Source: Terriglobia bacterium (GTDB lineage Bacteria; Acidobacteriota; UBA6911). From it: a DNA stretch of 64,000 bases. Position 1 is the first letter of the stretch, and every line of letters begins with the position of its first letter. Made by a program: the position numbers and the translations under genes. The stretch spans positions 60,405 through 124,404 of the forward strand of contig CAVTZY010000050.1 of assembly GCA_963739235.1 (NCBI GenBank). Reading direction: 5' to 3'. Under the pieces are notes generated by a model, which searched no databases, was not told the origin of the DNA, and worked only from the letters and a program-made list of their open reading frames with translations. Shown here in pieces: positions 21,231 through 29,330 of the stretch.

Positions 21231-21281
21231 TAGTCCTTCATAACCCCAAGGTCGGTGGTTCGATTCCACCCGTCGCTACCA
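21231..21281 (+). mobile_element. att site: 3' half of a CAT-anticodon tRNA, identical to 6344-6394
   Basis: TAGTCCTTCATAACCCCAAGGTCGGTGGTTCGATTCCACCCGTCGCTACCA. Confidence 0.85.
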
Positions 21282-22384
21282 GTTCCTTCCTGTGTCAAAA
21301 TCGAACCTAACTGCTGAGATTTGTCAAAGTTGCGTTGATGCAGATTGCTGCGGAAACGGACCGGCGCATGAGCCTGAAATGTGCGTTTTTTCGCCCACTG
21401 CGCCCAAACTCATTTCGCCTCTTCCTTGGAGCTCTTCTGAAATGGCAAATCTGTGCGCTTTTTCGCCAGGCTCCGGACATACAGCTGAGTCTTCGCCAGA
21501 GCCTCGGTGATGTCGCGGTCGTCGGTGATAGGGCGGGTGACGGGCAGGAGTGCATCCGCGCGGCGAGCTTTGAATGAAGCAAGCAGGAGCAAGATGGCGG
21601 CTTTGCCGCACGAAACCCGGCTTCGTTCCCGCCCGTCACTTGCCCCTTTTGCCCTAAGGGCGGTGGCGCCGTCGTCTCGCGCCAGGTCAATGGCTGCTAT
21701 TTCCAGATCGCGCGAGCGTAAAGCAGCACGTACACGGAAGAGCCAAGCTCTATGTGTTGAGCTTTTGCGGCTCTGTTTATGCCTGATCGCCTAAGCAACA
21801 GGGACATTGCCCCATCAGCGATGCACTCATCGGGGCAGTTCAGGCGTTATTTGTTTCCGGACCGACCCATCAAGGCCTTTGCCGGATGCCTGCAATTAAT
21901 AGCGCCGAACCTCCGGAGCCTGCGAAATGCACCTCGAGATTCATCAACCGGCGTACCGTCGATTGACTTGCTCACCGCTACAGTTAACTAACAGCCAGCC
22001 CACATTAGTTGCCGCAAAACAACATTTGTAACATCGGGCAGGAAAAATTTCTTGCCGGAGCACATGCGATGACTTCCGTGGAAAAGCTGCACAGCTGGCC
22101 GATTTGAGAGCAGCTATGTTTGGTTCCACGTGTGGCCTCTCGTCGGGTGATTCCTTCTCCCGGGCTAACGTGCACGATTGATGACCCTGACAACGGCCGC
22201 CTGGGGAGTCTCTGCTGGCCTCGTTGACTCCGGGAGAAGCTGGGCTGCAACCCTGGACTCGGCATGAACTCCTTATCCAACTTGAAGTCTTGCAGCTGGT
22301 TAGGCACATTGAGCCGAGTGGGAGTTCCGGATACACCGCCAACGCCCACCCCGCCAATTATTTCGCGAGTTCTGTATACTTTAC

Positions 22385-22391
22385 GTTAGAC
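22385..22391 (+). mobile_element. integron core site GTTAGAC starting cassette 1 (attI-like or degraded attC)
   Basis: Exact reverse complement of GTCTAAC, the inverse core of the attC at 23051. Confidence 0.6.
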
Positions 22392-22414
22392 ATAAAGATT
22401 CGCGCTGGTGACGC

Positions 22415-22443
22415 TTGACAATGCGTATATTGTTATAATATAC
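22415..22443 (+). promoter_or_regulatory. cassette-internal promoter/operator of brnTA
   Basis: TTGACA at 22415; extended -10 TGtTATAAT at 22431-22439; inverted repeat GTATATT...AATATAC over it. Confidence 0.6.
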
Positions 22444-22451
22444 ACTATGAT

Positions 22452-22769
22452 ATGGCAGAATTCCCTGGAGAACTCGCGAATTGCATAGGATTTGATTGGG
22501 ATGCCGGTAACGCGACGAAAAACTGGGATCTGCATCGAGTCAGTCAAGCTGAGTGCGAGCAGCCATTCTTTAATCGGCCAATCCTGGTAGCCGTCGACGC
22601 ATGTCATTCCGTAGAAGAACGGCGCTATGCCGCCCTTGGTCAAACAAATGCGGATCGGCGACTTTCCGTGGTATTCACGATTCGTGGCAGGCAGGTTCGC
22701 GTAATCTCAGCTCGCAACATGAGCCATCGTGAAAGGAGACTCTATGAGCGCTCGCAACAAGCCCGTTAA
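22452..22769 (+). CDS. brnT: BrnT family ribonuclease toxin
   Basis: GFDWDAGNATKNWDLHRVS..E.R..ALG..VVFTIRG..RVISAR.M..RERRLY. Confidence 0.9.
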   Translation: MAEFPGELANCIGFDWDAGNATKNWDLHRVSQAECEQPFFNRPILVAVDACHSVEERRYAALGQTNADRRLSVVFTIRGRQVRVISARNMSHRERRLYERSQQAR

Positions 22770-23049
22770 GAAGCCAATACCACATTTCGCCTCGGAGGAT
22801 GATGAGCGAGAATTCTGGAGAACGCATGATACAATTGAATACTTCAACTATAACAAGGCTGTTCGTGCCACATTCCCAGAACTTAAGCCGTCCACGATGA
22901 CCATCTCGTTGCGTCTGCCTGCTTCGATGCTAGAGGAACTCAAAGCACTGGCAAACGAGCGCGACGTCCCATACCAATCATTAATGAAAGTATTTTTGGC
23001 GGAACGAATTGCTCGTGAGCGAGGCATTGCGCGTAAGGTGCCGGCCTGA
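22744..23049 (+). CDS. brnA: BrnA/CopG-family antitoxin
   Basis: IPHFASEDDEREFWRTHD...TISLRLP..LKALANERDVPYQSLMK. Confidence 0.85.
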   Translation: MSARNKPVKKPIPHFASEDDEREFWRTHDTIEYFNYNKAVRATFPELKPSTMTISLRLPASMLEELKALANERDVPYQSLMKVFLAERIARERGIARKVPA

Positions 23050-23050
23050 T

Positions 23051-23109
23051 GTCTAACTATGCGCTCCAGCGGCCGCAAAAAGCCGCGCCGCTGAACTTCT
23101 TCGTTCGGC
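23051..23109 (+). mobile_element. integron attC site (59 bp)
   Basis: Inverse core GTCTAAC just after the brnA stop, internal CAGCGG...CCGCTG dyad, core GTTCGGC. Confidence 0.85.
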
Positions 23110-23131
23110 TGCGTGCCCGGAGGATGACGTG

Positions 23132-23461
23132 ATGAGCAGAATAGGCGACTTCCCGTATCCGGTAAAGAAAGCGGCCTACGAGAGACAGGGTGGCGTGTGC
23201 GCGTTCTGCGGAGCGAAGCTGATGCCTCCGTGGCCTAGTTCGGAACCGCCGAAACATGCGCACTCTGGCGAGGCCCACCATCTCCGGCCGCTTCATCATG
23301 GGGGTACCCCTACGGCCGATAACTGCGTGTATCTCTGCTATGGCGATCACAAGTTGATGGGACATGGCATGGCGCCATTTGACATCGACAAGCAGGGTGG
23401 GGATTCGCGCACTTGGGTTCGACTCTCGACGGCAGACTTCCCGTTTTGGAAGAAGAGATGA
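23132..23461 (+). CDS. HNH endonuclease (gene cassette)
   Basis: CAFCG...EAHHLRPLHHGG...DNCVYLC..DH. Confidence 0.8.
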   Translation: MSRIGDFPYPVKKAAYERQGGVCAFCGAKLMPPWPSSEPPKHAHSGEAHHLRPLHHGGTPTADNCVYLCYGDHKLMGHGMAPFDIDKQGGDSRTWVRLSTADFPFWKKR

Positions 23462-23518
23462 GGCCGCTGATGCAAATGCGAATCATCACAACGTGGAGGC
23501 GCGGGCTACCCTTCCAGA

Positions 23519-23582
23519 GCCGAACAAACCGCTTCAGCGGTCGGGGCGCTTCGCGATCCGTCGCTGAGCGCCGCCGTTGGGC
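23519..23582 (+). mobile_element. integron attC site (64 bp)
   Basis: GCCGAAC (reverse complement of the preceding core GTTCGGC), TCAGCG...CGCTGA dyad, core GTTGGGC. Confidence 0.85.
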
Positions 23583-23603
23583 GCGTCACAGGAGGACGTT
23601 GCG

Positions 23604-23990
23604 ATGGCCATCCGTGTCGTGAGGCTGGGAAGCGCCCGAAGCCAGGGCGAAGGGCTGCGCATCGGAACAGTCCGCCGCCCACCACGCGGCGTACCCAAGT
23701 CTGAGTTCGCCTCGCAGAACTGGTATGACGTTTGGTTTCCAATCTTGGCGCCAAGCGTCGAAACACTAAAGCTGGGGCAGACGGCCACCACTCCCGCACA
23801 CTGGGCCGCCTTCGTCAAGAAATACCGGGCCGAAATGTCGGTCCCGGAAGCCCGCCACACCCTCGCGCTCCTCGCCGCGCTGTCCCATTACAGCAATCTC
23901 TCAGTCGGATGCTACTGCGAGAACGAATCCCACTGCCATCGCTCAGTGTTGCGGATGCTCCTGGCCGAGCACGGAGCCAAGCTTGAGTAA
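23604..23990 (+). CDS. DUF488 family protein (third cassette; no downstream attC seen)
   Basis: EGLRIGTVRRPPRGVPK..YDVWFPILAPS..CYCENESHCHRSVL; AGGAGG RBS. Confidence 0.8.
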   Translation: MAIRVVRLGSARSQGEGLRIGTVRRPPRGVPKSEFASQNWYDVWFPILAPSVETLKLGQTATTPAHWAAFVKKYRAEMSVPEARHTLALLAALSHYSNLSVGCYCENESHCHRSVLRMLLAEHGAKLE

Positions 23991-24085
23991 GCGTTGTACT
24001 GAACCAAAGGACGCCCCGCCCTTCAGCAATCGAACCTGCTTGAAGTGGCGCGGAGAACCAAAGAAAAGCACGAGCGAGGATTGCA

Positions 24086-24415
24086 ATGAAAGAAAGAAAA
24101 ACTCGGAGACGGCACGACTACAGCGGTTCCAGCTTTGATGAGTTTCTGGATGAACAGGGCATTCGGGAAGAGGTCGAGGCCGTCGCCACGAAGCGTGTCC
24201 TATCCTGGCAGCTGGAACAGGCGATGAAGGAACAGCAGAAGACCAAACAGGCCATGGCCCGAGAGCTTCACACGAGCCGGTTGCAGCTCAACCGGTTGCT
24301 CGACCTTCAAAATACAGCCGTCTCCCTTGAAACCATTACCCGCGCCGCCAAAATTCTCGGAAAGAAAGTTATCGTCCAGATTGCCGATGCCCCGATCACC
24401 CGCCGCGGGCAGTGA
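24086..24415 (+). CDS. XRE/HTH antitoxin-like protein; the upstream toxin appears deleted
   Basis: GSSFDEFLDEQGIREEVEAVATKRVLSWQL..MARELHTSR.QLNRLLD..N..VSLETI. Confidence 0.75.
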   Translation: MKERKTRRRHDYSGSSFDEFLDEQGIREEVEAVATKRVLSWQLEQAMKEQQKTKQAMARELHTSRLQLNRLLDLQNTAVSLETITRAAKILGKKVIVQIADAPITRRGQ

Positions 24416-25278
24416 AAGTTACGTCCGCACCTGGACATTGATCCGCTGCTTTATGTTGGCGCGTTTGATTTCGTACGGCTCAACTGCTTAGGGATAGTCC
24501 AAACAAGCTGCAATTTTTGTGATCTGGTCTCGGCTCCGAAGGGTGGTTCAGCTTCCGGGCTATGCCCTCCGCAACCTAGCCATCAATACGGCATGTGTGC
24601 CAATTCAGATTGTCTCAACAGAGAGGTCCACCCCAAAGGCGTGTGTCAAGACTCCAGTTGCGGCAAAGTCGGATTGCATTAAAATGCCATTTGTGGTCGA
24701 CTCTAAGTTTCGGAGTCACGTCTGACGAACCGAAGTTAACATTCCCATATATCGGAAGCTGCCTGCCTTCGGGAGAGATTTGGCATCGGGTCGATTTTGC
24801 TGCTTGTTCTACCTCCGTATCGAATTTCTGGTACGGACGGCGCCGGCCCTCGTTCTCCTCCCAATGAGCGAACAATCCGAAGCGTCGCAACCCACTCGCG
24901 CCGGTGATCCATCGACTGAATAGCGCCGCTTTCGGCCGGATGGAATTATTGGGAGGCACAGGGAGCGCTTGCCTAGTGCTGCCCATTCCGGGAGCACCCA
25001 TCAGGCGGGCATAGAACTGTCCGATGGAGAGCGCGTACGTGTTGGATGGCCGCCGGTTTCGCTAGAGGTCTTTGAGCTTGAGCTTCAGATGGCGAGAGCA
25101 AGAACGACATAGAGCCACGAGGGAATTCGGGGCGCGCTTGGCAATCTCGGCCACGACATCTTGACCATAAAGGGCGCTTGGGTTTTCAGAGCGCGATGGC
25201 ATAATTATCTCAGTCTTTGATTCTCGGTGCAGCACCATTTCAGGCGGCCTGAGACTTGGAATTCGAAGTAATTCCAAG

Positions 25279-26124
25279 TTGTCTGCGGGTGGGACGTACC
25301 CGCGGCCTTCAAGGGGGGAGATCATGCTTGTTTTGCGAATCGTTTTCGCGGTATTAATGGGGGCAGTAAGTTTGCGGGCGCAGGTACCGGGTACGAATTC
25401 TGATGCCGCGCCGGCATCGTCTGGCCAGATCAGCGCGGCTGCCCTTGCATGCTCCAGTGATCGTCCGGGTCTTTCTTCCAGCAGCCGCGTATGGATCCTG
25501 ACAGCCGTTAGGGCGTCAGGCAATGCAGCCCCAGCGAGTGTGGGCAGCTTCAAAACGAGTTTCTCGATCCCTCGGAGGCTGGTCCAGCCTGGCAGTAAAT
25601 CGCCCGCCGGTTTGATGGCGGGATCGTCTTTGGCGTTCTTCGATCCTGTTGCATCCACGCAGGTCGCGCCGCCGCGCCCCAAGGCTGTCGTTTACAGCCA
25701 TGCCTATGAGGTGAGGGCCAGGATCCACAAGTACGCCAGTTATGCCACACTGCCAATCTTTGTTGCTGAAGCCACCGTCGGACAAAAACTCTATAACAAC
25801 GCCGGCTCCTCCGGTTCTCTGCGCTCGGCTCATTCGGCACTGGCCGCAGGCACGGCGGTGCTGTTTGGGGTGAACAGCGTGACGGGTGTGTGGAATTTGC
25901 TGGAGGGGCGGAAAGATCATAACGGACGTGGCAGGCGGTTATTCCACGGTATCCTGATGCTTGGCGCCGATGCAGGATTTGTGGCCACCGGGGCCCTGGC
26001 GCCCCACAGAGCGGAGCGGGGAACTCTTCGATCCGACGGAAATGCTGCCACGCATCGGGCTGTGGCACTCACTTCCATGGGAGTTGCGACGATCAGCTAC
26101 TTGTACATGCTTTTTGCGCGATGA
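25279..26124 (+). CDS. putative membrane protein (start uncertain, possibly 25324)
   Basis: Signal-like N-terminus; several hydrophobic helices with His residues. Confidence 0.6.
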   Translation: MSAGGTYPRPSRGEIMLVLRIVFAVLMGAVSLRAQVPGTNSDAAPASSGQISAAALACSSDRPGLSSSSRVWILTAVRASGNAAPASVGSFKTSFSIPRRLVQPGSKSPAGLMAGSSLAFFDPVASTQVAPPRPKAVVYSHAYEVRARIHKYASYATLPIFVAEATVGQKLYNNAGSSGSLRSAHSALAAGTAVLFGVNSVTGVWNLLEGRKDHNGRGRRLFHGILMLGADAGFVATGALAPHRAERGTLRSDGNAATHRAVALTSMGVATISYLYMLFAR

Positions 26125-26412
26125 GGGAAATGGGTCAATTCTACTGACAGGTCTTACGGCCTGAGCGTTGTGCTCAACTGGCTGTCCGCCCCGGGGAAAT
26201 AGGGTCCTTTAGGAAACTGGGACACCCACCTATTGTGCGGTTCAGGTTGATCGGTAAACGCAAAATATGTCAGCGTCCCGAGTTGCCTCACCAGCCCGCC
26301 TGAAGAGCGTGGTTCGAGAGGTATTGGATAGATAAAAGTGTGCACAACTGCTCAATCTACTGTTCTTCGCATGTGGAAGCAGACCTAATCAGTGCCACCA
26401 CATGTTTCCATC

Positions 26413-27531
26413 TCAGATGGGCCGGTCGGGAATCGTGAAGAAAAAGTTCGCACCCTTATCGGGCTCTGATTCCGCCCAGATCCGGCCTCCATGCCGCTCG
26501 ACAATTTTCCTGCAGATAGCCAGGCCAAGTCCCATCCCGGCGAACTCGTCCTGAGAGTGCAACCTCTGGAAGGGTTCAAAGATGCGATCCTGTTTGTCTG
26601 GCTCCATGCCAATTCCATTATCTTGAAGCCATATCAGCCACCCAGTCTGCTCCTTCCGAGCCCCGAACTCGATGACCAAGGGTCTGGCGGCATTGCGGAA
26701 TTTCAGAGCGTTTCCAAGAAGGTTCTGAAAAACTTGAGTAAGTTGTCTCTGGTCGCCCATGACCGTTGGCAGTGGGTTATGGATGATCGTGGCCTTGGTA
26801 CCTTTAATCTCCGCTTCAAATGTAAAAAGTGCGTGCCGAAGGACATCATCGAGATCTGTGGATGCGAAGGGATTTTTGCTGCTTCCGACGCGGGCATAGT
26901 CGAGCATGTCGTGAATCATTTCATGCATGTGTTTAGCCGCATCCAGAACGACGTTGATGCAATTTTGGCTTTCCGGGTCGAGCTTTCCGCTTTCTCTCTT
27001 TTTGAGAACGTTCAGATAATTCGAGATGACGACAAGAGGCTGCTGCAGGTCGTGTGAGACCATCGATGCGAACTGTTCGAGATCGTGGTTGGAGGCTCGA
27101 AGTTCATCGGCCATTTTGCGGTTGGATTCCTCCGCCTGTTTGCGCCAGGTGATATCGGTAATCGTGGCCAGCACGAAAATTCGATCCGGAGCACTAATCG
27201 GCGTAAGGCCAATTTCCACAGTCACTTCAGACCCGTCTTTTCTCACCGCGGTTAAATCCCGTCCGGCTCCCAGTTCCCGCTGCATCGGTTCTGAGAAAAA
27301 CTGATCGCGCAATGATGCATGCCTATCGCGTATTCTCCGGGGCACAAGCACTTCCACTGCCATCCCGACCAGTTCCGACCGGTCGTAGCCGAACAGAATT
27401 TCGGCCTGGCGGTTAACGAGGGCGATGATTCCGTCTTTATCCACCATCAGGAGCGCATTTGGCGACGCTTCCACAAGAACCTCAAAGCGATTATCACCAA
27501 AGGGCTTGCCTGGCATTCGTGGCTTCTCCAT
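26413..27531 (-). CDS. PAS-domain sensor histidine kinase
   Basis: PAS (VNRQAEILFGY..RKDGSE), H-box SHDLQQPL, N-box QNLLGNALKF, DNGIG, GMGLGL. Confidence 0.93.
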   Translation of the reverse strand: MEKPRMPGKPFGDNRFEVLVEASPNALLMVDKDGIIALVNRQAEILFGYDRSELVGMAVEVLVPRRIRDRHASLRDQFFSEPMQRELGAGRDLTAVRKDGSEVTVEIGLTPISAPDRIFVLATITDITWRKQAEESNRKMADELRASNHDLEQFASMVSHDLQQPLVVISNYLNVLKKRESGKLDPESQNCINVVLDAAKHMHEMIHDMLDYARVGSSKNPFASTDLDDVLRHALFTFEAEIKGTKATIIHNPLPTVMGDQRQLTQVFQNLLGNALKFRNAARPLVIEFGARKEQTGWLIWLQDNGIGMEPDKQDRIFEPFQRLHSQDEFAGMGLGLAICRKIVERHGGRIWAESEPDKGANFFFTIPDRPI

Positions 27532-27720
27532 AGGTTCTATTGTTGTTCAGGAATTTCGAGTGCGGGATTTCAACACCGGTAGCTCCCCATATCTGCTCTG
27601 CACGATCACCCGCCGACCGCACTACTATAATGGGCCGAACCTGCCAAAGTGCAAGGGATCTTCCCAGTTCAGCAGATCATGAAATTCCGTTCCAGAAAGT
27701 TGCATGCTCTGGGCGGGTCT

Positions 27721-28569
27721 TCATTTCTTCACGCCGTATTGGATTGTGGCATTTGATGCGAAGCGTTTGTATGCCCCGTAGGTGATGGTCTCGTCGATGT
27801 GAACCGTATCGGTCTGGAAATGAAGCTGACTCTCGGCATGGGTCCAAACGGGGAACCAATATTTCTTGTCGATGATTTGGCGGATGGTTTCAAACTCCGG
27901 AAACTGATTGTCCTTCTTCTGAGGGACGGGCTTTCCTACGGTGCGCACAATCTGAAGATCCTCTTCGTCGACCCAAATCCTTCCCTCAAAATACATCTTT
28001 CCACCTTTCATGGTTTTGGGCTTTACCGAAAACACATAACAATTGAGGTCATCGATTTTTTCCTTCCCAACATAGGCAAGGCCGTATTGGGGCAACTCCT
28101 TCTCTGTCAGTGCAAACGGCTGCAGATTATTGATCACCTCCTCGTCCTGCATGGTATAGACCACACTGCTCAGGCCCCCGGCTCTCCGAACCACGAGAAT
28201 GTCCCGCGTCCCATCATCCTTGAAGACTATTTCGGAAATCGTCTGCATTGCTTCGTGCTTTGGGATCCCGTTCACTGCGAGTACGCGCACCTCGGCGTCC
28301 TGATGGTAGGTGTACTGCATCCATGCTTCGTAAAACTCGGTTTCTTTGGCTGAGAACGCGCGGATAATTTCGTCGGGAGTCAGGATCTTTCCATTATGAT
28401 CATCAACCTGAGGTTTGGTCTGTGTCCCAGTCGCCGACTGAGGAGGTGACTGAGCCCATAGGGCCCCCCCCAGCACCAATATCATGGAGAAAAACACCAG
28501 GCATCCAGTCTTCACACTTGTACCCTCCCCCCTGGCTCTAAAGATGCGCAGAATTCCCAAAGGGTTCAT
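27721..28569 (-). CDS. secreted/periplasmic hypothetical protein
   Basis: Signal-peptide-like segment; YFEGRIWVD motif; 282 aa. Confidence 0.7.
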   Translation of the reverse strand: MNPLGILRIFRARGEGTSVKTGCLVFFSMILVLGGALWAQSPPQSATGTQTKPQVDDHNGKILTPDEIIRAFSAKETEFYEAWMQYTYHQDAEVRVLAVNGIPKHEAMQTISEIVFKDDGTRDILVVRRAGGLSSVVYTMQDEEVINNLQPFALTEKELPQYGLAYVGKEKIDDLNCYVFSVKPKTMKGGKMYFEGRIWVDEEDLQIVRTVGKPVPQKKDNQFPEFETIRQIIDKKYWFPVWTHAESQLHFQTDTVHIDETITYGAYKRFASNATIQYGVKK

Positions 28570-28754
28570 GAATAAATCATAGTCGGGATCGGAGGCTTAC
28601 ACATCCATGCGACCGAATCAGCTCGGGCCGGGATACAAACAAGGTGGATAGGGTAGGAAATGAGGCAATAAGCGAGGGTCTTCAGCTCGTGCCTGACGGA
28701 ACACTCCAACAGAAGCTCTGGCGATCGCCATCTTCTAAAGGAGCCTGGTGTCAA
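28566..28754 (-). pseudogene. remnant of a REP-associated (Y1/RAYT) tyrosine transposase
   Basis: LAYCLISYPIHLVCIP resembles the AYCLMPNHVHL HuH motif; adjacent REP-like hairpin 28747-28833. Confidence 0.45.
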
Positions 28755-28864
28755 GCCTGGAAAATTTACTTTTGTCCTGCTCCCTTCGGCTTGCTGAGGC
28801 GCGCTGACAGAAATAAATCTGCCGGGGCCACCCTCTGCATTCTTTTGAAATATGCGATCAGGCG

Positions 28865-29059
28865 CTACTTTTTAGGTTTCGGATAGGTGCTGATTCCGAA
28901 CAACTGGTAGGGAGGGCACCATCCTGCCAGCCCCGTGATCAGAGGGATCAATCCAAGCAGGTACCAGTGGTTTCCCGGGCCCCAGAATGCCAGGCTGGCG
29001 ATCAGTGCGCCGCCAATAATGCGAATCGATCGTTCGACTGGATGAATGTTCTTTCTCAT
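28865..29059 (-). CDS. DUF2892 (YgaP-like) membrane protein
   Basis: N...ER.IRII.G....LGLIPLITGLAGWCPPYQLFGIST. Confidence 0.85.
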   Translation of the reverse strand: MRKNIHPVERSIRIIGGALIASLAFWGPGNHWYLLGLIPLITGLAGWCPPYQLFGISTYPKPKK

Positions 29060-29330
29060 TTTTCCTCCCAGTGATCAGTCACGAACATTGGAATGGGGTC
29101 GGCCACGGCAAGTTGAATGGTAGCCCCGATGTACCTCTCGACCCCCCTAAAATCGAGCGTGCGTGCACTCATTGGCCCTGTCTTTTCGTTCCAGGAAGGC
29201 CTCCGAGAATTGGACCGTGTACGTCTAACTAAGTTCGTATACACCGGACTCGGGAACGAATGCAAATAAAAAGTCGCCCATATTTTGAGCCGGTCAGTCG
29301 CAGCCCAATCTTAAGCCTTCGGACTTGAGA

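Larger units (their letters stand above)
6395..21281. mobile_element. ~14.9-kb integrative element bounded by tRNA-derived direct repeats, no integrase found inside
   Basis: Identical 51-bp repeats at both ends; TGCAACGGTT tandem repeats near both ends; accessory cargo. Confidence 0.65.

Noticed and set aside
21300-22380. Integron integrase intI or element integrase upstream of the cassette array
   Set aside because: No long ORF and no R..HxxR..Y tyrosine recombinase motifs seen in any frame
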